From the NCBI RefSeq assembly GCF_964355755.1, contig NC_092678.1, positions 25,437,365 to 25,501,364 of the forward strand: a stretch of 64,000 nucleotides of DNA, given 5' to 3'. The stretch comes from Antedon mediterranea. Taxonomy: Eukaryota; Animalia; Echinodermata. Position numbers and translations under genes: made by a program. The notes beneath the pieces were generated by a model. That model was not told the origin of the DNA. It made no database searches and saw nothing but the letters and a program-made list of their open reading frames with translations. Below are positions 11,393-24,592 of the stretch, piece by piece (within the stretch, counting starts at the first letter, position 1; each line of letters opens with the position of its first letter).

Positions 11393-14300
11393 TTTACTTT
11401 CCTTCGACACTGTATTGGTGATACTGGTGTCATAAGGTCCAATTTGTATTCTTCATTTTTATTGGTTTGTTGCAAGGGGTCTTGCGCAAACTTGTGTAGT
11501 TTGTACTCTGTATAAATTCACCTCTTGGAAGTTAACCTCTATAAATAACGAATATCATACTGCACTTTCTTAAAAAGATGTATATAATAGAATTTTGATG
11601 GTAAAGGTAAAATATTTATTCTGGTTCTCAAGCTTAAATTTGGGTTAGGCCTTCTGCGGACCCACAGCAGCCTACTACTTTGTTTGGCTATCTCCCATCA
11701 GGCTTCCCAGGATCTGTTCCATAGTGCTAAACAAATGTTTGATACAGTATAAAAGATTATAGGCCCTACAGGCATAGTCTAGCCTAGTAATAATAATGCT
11801 ATTTCCAGGTGCACTAGACTGCTATGAATTATTTAAAATGTTTTTTATATCTTGTATGTTTTCTATATCTACATGCTTTTCTTGCTTTGACATAATATTT
11901 TGTTTACTATATCATTAACAAAGTTATTAAAAAATTTCTGACGCAAAACCACTATTTTCATAAATTGTTTTTATTGTTTTACAATAAAATATGAATAGTT
12001 AAACACCTTTAAAAACTTGATAAATACCACAACAAAATTGGTCTTTCTATGGACCAGAGATTCCGAAATAAAGGATTGAATTGAATTGAATTATCGCAAT
12101 TAAAGAAAACACTAACCACTCTATTTCAAGTTGTTTCAGAAATAATATCCATATACCGGTACCTTTAAAAAACACATGAACACTGGCGTCTCTTAGACTC
12201 CAACAGAAGACATTTTAAAGGGCATTAAATTGAATTCGGTGTCAATGTTATTTTGTTGTGACTATTAATATTTTATGTATTTCTTAGAAGGATGAGTGCT
12301 TAATATTTAAAATATTATTGTTTTAAAGTATTACAGTATGATTATCTAAAAATGTTTGTTTTACGATTAACACATTTGTTGTTGAACCTGCTTCTTTGCT
12401 GTATGTAGAACTACGTCTGTACTGCTTAAGGACAAACAACATAAGGAGGAAATGACACAGGAGGAAAATGTGTATATGGAAGTAATAGCCGGTGAGGAGA
12501 TACAGAGTACAGAGAAAGGAATAGGCAAGTGTCAATATAGTGATGTAGATGCAGTTCCTCCTGGAAAACAAGTGGTGGTTGTACAGCAGAAGCAACACCA
12601 TGTTTCACTTGGTATTGCCGTTGCATGTGTCATTCTTGTATGTATTGTAGTAGCAGTTTTCAGTATCATGACTATCCAGTCACATAACGTAAGTGGGGTG
12701 CAATTATGACAGAAAACATTACAATACCTGTAAGTAGTATTGACAGCATGTTGTTGACAATGGTTACTAATGATGTACATGTAGTAGATCAGACAGTGGT
12801 TGTAAAAACAGGTTACCTATGTCAAGTACATAATTGACTAGATATAATAGAAATAACTTAAACCAAATTTTAACATCTTGTATATTATAATATTTTTTTT
12901 GGCTTTAATCTAGGAAAAAATATGTTCACAAACTAAAGGTAGGCTTTTTTATACCCGTAAAACACAATATTAAATAAGGTAAATAAAGGTTCAGCCCCTA
13001 GAATATGACAGTTTTAATTAATTAGCTGAGATCTTTTCCTCTTCAATAATATGAATGTGAGTGGCCGAGTGCTTAAAGACAGTGGAACCGTAACCCGGCC
13101 ATAACATCGGCAGGGGTTCGAGGCTCACTCACTCTATGGTCTTCTCAGATATAAGAACTATAAACCGTATTTCCAGTGTACACACATGGTGTACATGGTC
13201 AACCAGTGTGGGGATCAAAACCCAGAATCGCAAATAATTTTGTATTAAAATTTAAATGATAACAATTTTTTAAATTAATTTATAGTTTATACTTTATACA
13301 CACGTTGGGGGCGCATGGATTGTCCAAGTACTGCTGAATTAGTATACAAAGGTATTTAAATAAAATGTTTTATTTAAAAATAAAATTGTAATTTTTGAAA
13401 AAATATCATGTTATTTTGAATATTCATCAGAAGATGATACTATGTCTTTGCAGAACATTGTAAATGATACCTATCAAAGTTTTGAGGTAATATTATATTG
13501 TATTATAATCCAATATTTAGGGTTTATTTATATTTCTAGGTGTCATGTCTGGTGCACCACATACCGGTAGTAATACTGGGAGTGGTGCAAACTATCTTTG
13601 TTTACCTGACCAACCACGATACAAATTCACAATGGCAGGCTATCAAACCACAAGGGGATCAATCGCTGCTGTGGAATTCAGAGAATCAACAAAAATGTTC
13701 CAACCAACAAAAAAACTCCATGGTTTAAACTTTCCATTAGGAGAACGAGCCCTATTTAGCGTGAGCTTTTGCCTCTGGCATCTTACTTGTTTATTTTTGC
13801 CTAAAGCCAGTCATTAATGTCTTAGGCAATTAATAAATCACGTAACACCTTGTTCATCTTCCAGGCTCAGCCTTCCTTGCTTCTGATTGGCTGCAATGCA
13901 CAGCCTATTTTGGAATTGGTCACTCATTGTATTTAGAAACCACCATTATACCATGGGTAAATTTTTTGCACACAAAATTAAAGAATGCAAGTGGCCTTGT
14001 GGTTAGCAAGGTCAGTTCTAATCTAACAGCAGGGAGCCAAAGAATGAACTGTAGAGATGAGTTTAAAATAAAAATTTGTGTTTTGTGCACCCAGACTAAA
14101 ATCGCTGGAAAAGCAAAAACTTTTGTTTTGAAATTAAAACTATATTTATAAACTATTTCATGTTCTTCAGCTGAGATCTCAAAATGATCTCTATGGATTT
14201 GCCACCCCTCTAATGTTAAATATATAGGCCTATAATAAATAGTACAGTAATACTATTTCAAATTATAAGCAAACAATTAAATACTGTATTTTATAATCAT

Positions 14301-14460
14301 ATTTTATATAATAGTTACTTTATGTCTCAATTATAAACCCCTTTTCTTGAGTATACCCCAATTGTATGCACATTTATGGAGGAAATATATATTTATGTTT
14401 TTCTCAATACATAATAGTTCAGTTTTTTTTTCACATTAATGTGAAATTTGTTTGTCTAAG

Positions 14461-15764
14461 CATGGATTAAAGAATAGAAGGATATGCATCGACGTGAGAT
14501 CAAGGGTTCCTTGACTCTCGCCGACAGACCGCGGACCGCCCACAATGTTACAGTTTAATTAACCGCATGGTAACAACGAAACGGTCGCGTGCCTAATATA
14601 TTGTTTACTGCACATGTGCAACGACATTTAACCTTGTTGGCTACTACGCTTCTTTCGCGCGTTCTTTGGTGGCATGATGTTTGTAGATGGTCAACTATTG
14701 ACTATGTTGGTTTCTGCCGCGATTGATCTACGCTAATGATTTTTTTATGATGATTAAAGTAGCATTTTATGACCTGTAGTAGCCCTACATCTGAGACAAT
14801 AACTATTAGTTGTCTCATTTGTTGTAAAATTACAAAATCAGCAAGAATGCTAGCCTAGCTAGGCCCAGGCCTTGTACTAACTAGGCTAAACTGGGCTAGT
14901 AAACCCTATGATTTGCCGACATTGATACTGCCTAGGTAGGCCTAGGCTAATCTTAAATACTCACCGTTGTCTTACTTCTTGTGTGAATAATAATAATAGG
15001 TAGGCCTACTTCGTTTGTTCGTGATCAAGTTTGCCCTGCGTGTACTTTTCAAAACGACCGCTAGGTAACGAATCGCAACTATACATAGCCAGCCAATCCC
15101 GGATCAGGGATCGCTGTTTTCATTCAATTAGGCCCGGTGATTGGATGTGATGTGGATGACATAACCACTAGCCAATCACCAGGCACTACAGTTTAAATAT
15201 AATCACATCGATAATTAAGGAGATTTATGAAGAAACCACTGCTTAGCCATATATTAAAAAACACGATTGTTGTATGTCTGAACACCGGCCACGCTAACAA
15301 CATACATGGTCAAATGCATAATTTAATATTCTATAGATTAACGCAATTTTTAATGACAGAAGATGGCAGGCAAATAATGATAATTCAAATATAAAAATGG
15401 CATATTTTATTAATATTACCAACTACCTAAAATTACCAGTCGTAAGAAAGTGAACTTTTCGTAGTCCGATTGTGATGAAACTAAAACAGAATTATTCAGC
15501 AATATATGTTTGTTATCAATTAATCATCGACGCAGACATGTCAATAGAACATTCAGACTGCGCATACGATTTCTACATGGTTACGTTTTGGTCTCAAAAA
15601 ATGTAACAGTTGATTCGCAGCGTTTTACAGAGGGCCGCGGTTAGAGACACGGAGTTCAATGAACGTGTTTGTTTGATTGGCAGCAGTGCTTTAGTATAGG
15701 CAAGCGCGTTGTAAAATCGTTTGATGTCACCGTCGATGCATATCCTTCTATTCTTTAATCCATG
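14461..15764. mobile_element. P-superfamily-like non-autonomous element, 1304 bp, copy 1
   Basis: 34-bp TIR catggattaaagaatagaaggatatgcatcgacg, CA...TG ends, 7-bp TSD gtctaag. Confidence 0.85.
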
Positions 15765-16756
15765 GTCTAAGTTGTGTGAAGTAATGATACCAAAAATGTT
15801 AACTCCTAATTGTAACTCCTGAATTGTAATCAATAGATTAGGTCTAAGTAAATATTAAAAAATGGTTGTTAATGTTACAGATGGAACATTTTTGTTATAG
15901 GCCAGGATATCATTATTTTAACGATTAACTAAAAAATCAGATACTGTAATTAATACACTGAATAAAATCTGTATGCATGTTATATATTTATTTTAATTTG
16001 AAAATTAACAATTGCCATGTAAACATATATTATGGGCCTAATTTGAATTAAATTTTATAGAGTATATATTCTTAAAAAATTCCTGTCCGTTAAAAAACAA
16101 GGCCAACAGCCATTAAGTCGCGTGCTACAATGCATAGTGATACCGGACCGACCGACAGACAGACCGACAGACCGACTGACATAGGGCGCGTTTATACAAC
16201 ACGCTATTACACGCATATTCTACACGCCTACGAGAAGTGTGTTGTATAACAACAAAGAGATTCCGTGTAATGAGATTTTAATTGCAAAAAAGGCTACTTG
16301 GCTGAATCCTAAAATTTGGTGGATTCCCGGTCGCCGTTACCGTGTTGGAAGTGTCCTCAGGGTATATTTTGACCGCTCGTTAAAACAGGTCGTAATATCA
16401 ATCATGTCATGCGACGTCTAACAAGATTGGGCCCATTTATTGCTGCTTCGCTGCCAGCAATCATCCTCCTACCACGTCTTACGCCTAGCCTGGTTGGGCC
16501 AACCAACTCGTAGTGGTAGTAGGCCTCTATAGACTATCGTTTCCCACTCCAAACAGAATAAAAAATAACATCGCAAAAATGGCATCTTCTTCCATAGTGT
16601 ATAGATGAAATAATGAAACCCTTAAAATAACTTTTATTAATTTAAATGAACCGAGAACAAATAAACAACAATGCAAACGTGAACGAATACAATAATGAAA
16701 ATGGTAAAAACCGCGCGAATACATCGGACAGCGAGGAGAGGCGACGATGATTGTTG

Positions 16757-16780
16757 CAGGGAGTTGTTGACAACTCCCTG
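16757..16780. mobile_element. 24-bp palindromic P-like footprint
   Basis: cagggagttgt-tg-acaactccctg flanked by 7-bp duplication attgttg. Confidence 0.65.
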
Positions 16781-17099
16781 ATTGTTGACAACCCAGCCAA
16801 CAATTCAATTCAAGCGATCAACGATTTGACCTTTTATCCTAGCATGCACTGCGTGTTGATGAAACTTCCGGTACAACACGGTATCGTGATTTCTAGTATA
16901 ACAGCAAACGTTAAGGTGGGTTGACCTCGGTCCGAACAACACGCTAAAAATTAAAGCCGTGTTCAAATTTAGGGTGTTGTATAAACACGACCATAGTGAA
17001 CTACTGAACATGTGTAAAAATGTTGAAATGTTTAAAAACATTTATATTTTTTTAATTTACACGTGCGTAGCCTGTCACTTTTGACGTGCTCATATAACG

Positions 17100-17642
17100 T
17101 AATTTCTAGTTGAAAAGTAAGTCAAGAAAACAGAAATCGGGCAAAAAGAGTGCGCAATAACATTTAACGCGCAGTGCGCGCGCAAAAATCTGCGCACTCA
17201 TGGCAATTTTGTAAACGCTTAAAATTGCCTGAAACGTACTCTTATTTCATCGAAAATAAATTTTGAAAATTTTAAGCGCGCGTACGCATGCGTTACATGC
17301 GCTACGCACGTAATTGTATTGCCATATAATGATTTATGCCCTGAAATTTATGAGTACCAAATTTTATTTAATTGTGATTCATGGTTGTGAAGATATGATT
17401 ACAAACGTGATTTCGTTAAATCGTGCGTAGACCGCGTAATTTTTTATTGCGCACCGTGAAAACATAACCACATCGATTCCTGGCCATAAGGAATATACTG
17501 TGAAAAATTGACTTAGCTAGATTAAACTGATATCAAGATAAGGTCAGAAAGCGATAACATGCATGGTGATACCGGACCGACAGACAGACGGACCGACCGA
17601 CTGACATAGTGAACTATAGAGTCGCGTGCACGCGACTAAAAA
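17100..17642 (-). mobile_element. Helentron/DINE-like non-autonomous element (left boundary approximate)
   Basis: Minus strand begins tttttagtcgcgtgcacgcgactctata (palindrome) followed by a (gtcg/gtct)n microsatellite; a related fragment lies at about 16115-16185. Confidence 0.55.
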
Positions 17643-17705
17643 TGTGAACCTGCATAATGCGATAAAGTATTGTTGGCACATATATTAAATCCCGTCACAG
17701 TATTA

Positions 17706-18991
17706 TCTTGTATCCTTTAACATTTGGAATGAGTTGGTGCATGGTAAGATATAGGAATATGGATTATGAAGGGGATGAAAAAACGTGAAAAAGATAGCAC
17801 AATTTCTCAAATAGGTATACCGTACGTACAATTTCTCAAAGAAGTAGCACAACTTTCGTAATGGATTGCACAATTTCTCAAAGAGGTAGCACAATTTCCC
17901 GAATGGTTAGCACAATTTCTCAAAGAGGGAGCACAATTTCTCAAATGGTTAGCACAATTTCTCAAAGAGGTAGCACAATTTCCCGAATGGTTAGCACAAT
18001 GTCTCAAAGAGGTAGCACAATTTCCCAAATGGTTAGCACAATTTCTCAAAGAGGTAGCACAATTTCCCGAATGGTTAGCACAATTTCTCAAAGAGGTAGC
18101 ACAATTTCCCGAATGGTTAGCACAATTTCTCAAAGAGGTAGCACAATTTCCCAAATGGTTAGCACAATTTCTCAAAGAGGTAGCACAATTTCCCGAATGG
18201 TTAGCACAATTTCTCAAAGAGGTAGCACAAAATCTCCCGAAAGGATTGCATAATTTCTCAAAGAGGTAGCACAATTTCCCAAATGGTTAGCACAATTTCT
18301 CAAAGAGGTAGCACAATTTCCCGAATGGGTAGCACAATTTCTCAAAGAGGTAGCACAATTTCCCGAATGGGTAGCACAATTTCTCGAATGGTTAGCACAA
18401 TTTCTCAAAGAGGTAGCACAATTTCCCGAATGGTTAGCACAATTTCTCAAAGAGGTAGCACAATTTCCCGAATGGGTAGCACAATTTCTCAAAGAGGTAG
18501 CACAATTTCCCGAATGGTTAGCACAATTATTTCTCAAAAAGGTAGCACAATTTCCTGAATGTTGCATATTGCACAATTTCTCAAAGAGGAGCACACTTTC
18601 TCAAATGTAGGTAGCACAATATTTCGTGATTGTATGACCACAATTGTACTGGGAAGGTTTTAAACTATATTTAAAAAAATCACAGTGTGCAGAGGTTAGA
18701 GGGGTTGGAGGCTTAGTGATTTGCTGGGGTTAGTATCAATGACCACATGAGTAATGTGAACTGGGGGTATGTTTTAACTGCATTTGAAAACCGTCATAAA
18801 GCCGGGGTGTGCAATAGAATTTGTACCAGGAAGTTTAACATTATAAGTTAAAAAATCCCCGAGTGCGGGTGTGTGTTGGGGAGGTGGGTGCATTTTAGGG
18901 CATCTGGATAATGAGTTATCAAATGATCGGGAATGTACTGTGAAGTTTTAAAACTACATAGGAAACCCGCCCGGGCGTGTATAATTGCTAG
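17706..18991 (+). mobile_element. Helitron-like element carrying a 21/42-bp satellite array
   Basis: Possible 5' A|TC start at 17706; 3' hairpin cgcccgggcg shortly upstream of CTAG|T at 18988-18992. Confidence 0.55.
17795..18622. repeat. Minisatellite of alternating 21-bp units (42-bp dimer)
   Basis: tagcacaatttctcaaagagg / tagcacaatttcccgaatggt repeated over about 830 bp. Confidence 0.95.
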
Positions 18992-19384
18992 TCATCAATG
19001 TTTTAAAATACTAGAGTGCTAAAGTGAACATAATGTATGTAGGCCTATGTGCAGTTTTCTTAGAATAACATAAACAACTAAAATGAGGCATAATCCCTCT
19101 ATTATAATATCGTATAACATCAACTTGTTATTACACAATAAAAAAGATTGTTATTTATATGGGTTTCGTTTATGTTTATTAACATTCATTCAATTACATT
19201 TTTTTAAATAAAAAGATTTATTTTTTAGATTTTTTAGTATTATTAATTAATTCATATATCTGGTCCTATATACTAATATAGCGCAAACACTTTTTGGGAA
19301 GCGTATGGGTACCACCCCCTACGGCTACATTATTTTATTTGAATTTCCCGCTCATATTCTCAAAAATTGTAGGCCTACCTATAC

Positions 19385-19414
19385 CAGGGAGTTGTTATTA
19401 ATAACAACTCCCTG
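19385..19414. mobile_element. 30-bp perfect palindrome, P-like footprint
   Basis: cagggagttgttatt-aataacaactccctg flanked by 7-bp duplication cctatac. Confidence 0.7.
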
Positions 19415-21362
19415 CCTATACCTCAGCCCGAGTCTGATGTGATGGTGTACCTCTTGACATCCCTACCAAATCCCATCGCACCATCCCAGTTTATTTCAGA
19501 ATCCATTTGTAGTAGGCTATGTATTTCATTGGTAAATTAATAAAATTAAAATTATTCAATTGTAATTGGTTGATCGCTTGACTACTCAATCTAAGGTTGA
19601 ACTTTGTAGCTCCCCATACAATGTTGTTAAAATGTACAAAATCGAAAAGGAAACATGGAAATAAAGGCTTACTTAAATAATTATAAGGCGTGAAAAGGCT
19701 ATTATATAAATATTCATTTATTTCATGAAATCAAACTATTACCTAATCATTAAAACATGCTGTAACTGAAACCTGATGCTGTCGGTGATTGGCTGTTGGC
19801 AAACAAAGTGGGCTTGGCCTCTTTTAGTACCCAGATACTTTCCTGCATGATTGATGGCCACTGTTCTGTTAATTACCCATCAACAAGACTGATCAGGGTC
19901 AAAACAATTACAGGCAATTATAGTACCCCGGGTTAGGCGGGGTACTAAAAGCTCACGTTAAATAGGGCTCGTTTTCCTAATGCCTTGCGCCGTTTGTCAA
20001 GCCCCACGAAGCGTCTCGTTACTTTTGCCAGCGGATACCGAATGCCCAATTGGTTGGATTACAGAGTTTAGCGGATACATGATGGCTTCTAAAAAGAACG
20101 AAAAACGTGCAGAATACGTCTGCGTAGATGAAAGTCCATCTTACATAAAGGGTAGACCTAATGCCGGTGATGCGGATGGGGTATCGGCCAGCTTTCTATT
20201 TCTTGTTGAGGGCCGATGCAATGCAGAAAATGTAGTTGGAGGGTTGCCTTGTCCACCGTATGTTGATGGTTATGAGTTGACTTGTGCAATTTGTACACAG
20301 TAATTTACTTTCCTTCGACACTGTATTGGTGATACTGGTGTCATAAGGTCCAATTTGTATTCTTCATTTTTATTGGTTTGTTGCAAGGGGTCTTGCGCAA
20401 ACTTGTGTAGTTTGTACTCTGTATAAATTCACCTCTTGGAAGTTAACCTCTATAAATAACGAATATCATACTGCACTTTCTTAAAAAGATGTATATAATA
20501 GAATTTTGATGGTAAAGGTAAAATATTTATTCTGGTTCTCAAGCTTAAATTTGGGTTAGGCCTTCTGCGGACCCACAGCAGCCTACTACTTTGTTTGGCT
20601 ATCTCCCATCAGGCTTCCCAGGATCTGTTCCATAGTGCTAAACAAATGTTTGATACAGTATAAAAGATTATAGGCCCTACAGGCATAGTCTAGCCTAGTA
20701 ATAATAATGCTATTTCCAGGTGCACTAGACTGCTATGAATTATTTAAAATGTTTTTTATATCTTGTATGTTTTCTATATCTACATGCTTTTCTTGCTTTG
20801 ACATAATATTTTGTTTACTATATCATTAACAAAGTTATTAAAAAATTTCTGACGCAAAACCACTATTTTCATAAATTGTTTTTATTGTTTTACAATAAAA
20901 TATGAATAGTTAAACACCTTTAAAAACTTGATAAATACCACAACAAAATTGGTCTTTCTATGGACCAGAGATTCCGAAATAAAGGATTGAATTGAATTGA
21001 ATTATCGCAATTAAAGAAAACACTAACCACTCTATTTCAAGTTGTTTCAGAAATAATATCCATATACCGGTACCTTTAAAAAACACATGAACACTGGCGT
21101 CTCTTAGACTCCAACAGAAGACATTTTAAAGGGCATTAAATTGAATTCGGTGTCAATGTTATTTTGTTGTGACTATTAATATTTTATGTATTTCTTAGAA
21201 GGATGAGTGCTTAATATTTAAAATATTATTGTTTTAAAGTATTACAGTATGATTATCTAAAAATGTTTGTTTTACGATTAACACATTTGTTCTTGAACCT
21301 GCTTCTTTGCTGTTTGTAGAACTACGTCTGTACTGCTTAAGGACAAACAACATAAGGAGGAA

Positions 21363-22943
21363 ATGACACAGGAGGAAAATGTGTATATGGAAGTAATAGC
21401 CGGTGAGGAGATACAGAGTACAGAGAAAGGAATAGGCAAGTGTCAATATAGTGATGTAGATGCAGTTCCTCCTGGAAAACAGGTGGTGGTTGTACAGAAG
21501 CAACACCATGTTTCACTTGGTATTGCTGTTGCATGTGTCATTCTTGTATGTATTGTAGTAGCAGTTTTCAGTATCATGACTATCCAGTCACATAACGTAA
21601 GTGGGGTGCAATTATGACAGAAAACATTACAATACCTGTAGTAGTATTGACAGCATGTTGTTGACAAAATATGATTACTTAGTAGATCAGACAGTGGTTG
21701 TAAAAACAGGTTACCTATGTCAAGTACATAATTGGCTAGATATAATAGAAATAACTTAAACCAAATTTTAACATCTTGTATATTACAATACTTTTTTTGG
21801 CTTTAATCTAGGAAAACATACGTTCACAAACTAAAGGTAGGCTTTTTTATACCCTTCAAACACAATATTAAATAAGGAAAATAAAGGTTCGGTCCCTTTA
21901 CAAATCTCATATATTTATTTATTATTTATTTACTTGATGTGTATAGAAGGCTGCTATGAATGCTAACCCTAAAAAAAGAAGACCAGGCTCCTATGCTGGG
22001 TTGTAAATGGGACTAAAATTTGCTTTGCAAATTGTCCCAGCTTAGGTGGAGCTAGCAGTCAGAGCATGATGTTGTGTGATCTGTAAAACTGAATAATTGG
22101 TTGTCTTGTTGTTTGACTTGAAATCAATTTAAAAAAAATGATCAGTCATGGTCGATCAGCGAGGGGATCAAAACCCAGAATCGCAAATGATCTTGTATTA
22201 AAATTTAAATGATATTAAATAATTTTGTTAATTTATAGTTTATAGTTTATACACACGTTGGGGGCGTATGTATTGTCCAAGTACTGCTGAATTAGTATAC
22301 AAAGGTATTTAAATAAAATGTTTTAAAATGTAATGAAGATACTATGGCTTTGCAGAACATTGTAAATAATACTTATTAATGTTTTGAGGTAATACTATAG
22401 TCCAATATTTAGGGTATATTTATATTTCTAGGTGTGATGTCTGGAGCACCACATAATGATAATGGGAGTGGTACAAACTATCTTTGTTTACCTGACCAAC
22501 CACGATACAAGTTCACAATGGCGGGCTATCAAATCACGAGAGGATCAATTACTGCTGTGGAATTCAGGGAATCACAAAAAGACTTTAAACCAACAAAAGA
22601 TCTCCATGGTGTAAACTTTCCTTGCGCCGTTTGTCAAGCTCCACGAAGCGTCTCGTTACTTTTGCCAGCGGATACTAAATGCCCAATTGGTTGGATTACA
22701 GAGTTTAGCGGATACATGATGGCTTCTAGAAAGGACGAAACACGTGCAGAATACGTCTGTGTAGATAAAAGTCCATCTTACATAAAGGGTTCAGATAAAC
22801 CTGATGGTGATGCGGACTGGGAAATGGCCAGCAGGCTATTTCTTGTTGAGGGCCGATGCAATGCAGAAGCTGCAGTTGGAGGGTTGCCTTGTCCACCTTA
22901 CGTTGATGGTTACGAGTTGACTTGTGCAATTTGTACACAGTAA
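21363..22943 (+). CDS. Copy D: type II TM C4-like domain protein, intact
   Basis: Exons 21363-21596, 21812-21836, 22239-22304 and 22432-22943; ectodomain type with ...GDADWEMASR... Confidence 0.88.
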
Positions 22944-24375
22944 TTTACTTTACTTTGACACTGTAATGGTGATACAGGTGTCATAGGGTCTTGCATGCCA
23001 ATTTGTATCCTTCCTTTTTACTAGTTCGTTGCAAGGGGTCTTGCGCTAACTTGTGTAGTTTGCCAACTCTGTAAATAATAATGCTATTTCCAGGTGCACT
23101 AGACTGCTATGAATTATTTAATATGTTTTTTATATCTTGTATGTTTTCTATATCTACATGCTTTTCTTGCTTTGACATAATATTTTGTTTACTATAACAT
23201 TAACAAAGTTATTAAAATTTCTCACGCAAAACCACTATTTTCGTAAATCGTTTTTATTGTTTTACAATTGAGTATTTGTACATTTATATTCAGTCAACTT
23301 TCGTAAAAATGTTGCAAGACAAAAATATAGTTTTGATATTTTAGCATTGTCATGAACATAACCGTGTTTAAACCATCTGTATTAAGGGTCTTTTACAACT
23401 GTTCCAACACGGAGCCACGTGAAAACAAAACATTGACGTTCGGTTTGATTTGCCAGCGCTGGAGTGGAACCGTGCCGGAACGAGTGTGAACTTAAATTAT
23501 CGTACTGTAGCTAGTAGGCCTATACTTGTATCTTGTAGATGAGACCATCCATTTGTGTGCTTCGTACAAAATGATTTGTGATGTCATGAAAGTGACAACA
23601 TGATTACAAACAATTATGTTGTTACTAATCTAACAAAAACAATAGATATAGCATACCAAACCAAATGAATGCATGCTACTGTATGATTGCAAGGCGGGGG
23701 GGGGGGGGGGATGCCACCAAAGATGCCACCACAGTTTCATAATAATTTTTACAAAAGTGTACCAAAGCTCTCTGTCTACACTGTCAAACTAGTTTTAAGT
23801 GTGATGTGCCCAAATATGGTAGTGATATGACATCATCATGTCCATATATGGGCACATCACATTTTTTTTGTCACATAAACTTTGATAGTGTAGACAGAGC
23901 TTAAACAATACATGTCTATGTAAAAATACATATCTGAGTACAATACAATTGAAACTACAATCAATTTCAGTGTAATTTTTTATTTACATAATCCACACTT
24001 TACAAATAACAAGGTATACAAACAGTTAATTATGATTATTTAAATAATTAATACAAAATAATAATTAAAAAAAAAGAACATAAAAATGAAAGAACTAGGA
24101 TTTTATTGTAATAAATAAGTTTGATTGATTGATTGATTGATTGATTCTTTATTTTTCACACAACATTCATAAAAATATAAATAAAAAATTAAGTACAATA
24201 AAGTGTGAAAATCAGGATAACCACAGTTAGTTGCTTGTTTAAAAAAAGAAGAGCTACCATTCGTTTTAAATAAAAATACAAATTAAAATGACACGATAAA
24301 GCTATATCACACATTCAGACAGCAAGCTTTTAGATTCTTTATATGTTTTTTTATTTAACAAGATGCAGTGTGAAT

Positions 24376-24592
24376 TTAGCTTAATAATGCTAACAAATCC
24401 TTTCTCAATGTCAAAATACCGTCCTTAACGCTTGGTTCCACTTGCGCCGCAACATAACGCAATGCCCTTCCAATAATTGTGTTTGCCCCTGCCTGCATGA
24501 AATCAAAACTGCGATGTTTGTTGGGAACCATGCTTAAGGTCAATTTACGCATACGACTGGTAATGGTAATAAACAAAGCGATGATGCGATTA
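24376..24592 (-). other. Orphan terminal-exon-like ORF, duplicate of 59154-59370
   Basis: Acceptor tttttaaaacag, then NRIIALFITITSRMRKLTLSMVPNKHRSFDFMQAGANTIIGRALRYVAAQVEPSVKDGILTLRKDLLALLS*; higher GC than its flanks; family not recognised. Confidence 0.45.

Larger units (their letters stand above)
13735..19982. mobile_element. 6.2-kb non-autonomous TIR DNA transposon carrying nested elements
   Basis: 36-bp TIR cattaggagaacgagccctatttagcgtgagctttt / aaaagctcacgttaaatagggctcgttttcctaatg (2 mismatches); interrupts tttcc|ttgc of exon 4 with only 1-2 bp duplicated; no transposase ORF seen. Confidence 0.85.
12452..20303 (+). pseudogene. Copy C: near-identical duplicate of B with exon 4 split by a 6.2-kb transposon
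   Basis: Exons 12452-12688, 12914-12938 and 13286-13351; exon 4 lies at 13540-13734 plus about 19984-20303 (...HGLNF / PCAVCQAP...). Confidence 0.85.

Noticed and set aside
17795-18622. CRISPR-like regular array and repetitive ORFs (SLRNCANHSGNCAT, STISQRG)
   Set aside because: The units between repeats are themselves repeats, there are no cas genes and the context is eukaryotic; the ORFs arise from a stop-free 21-bp unit
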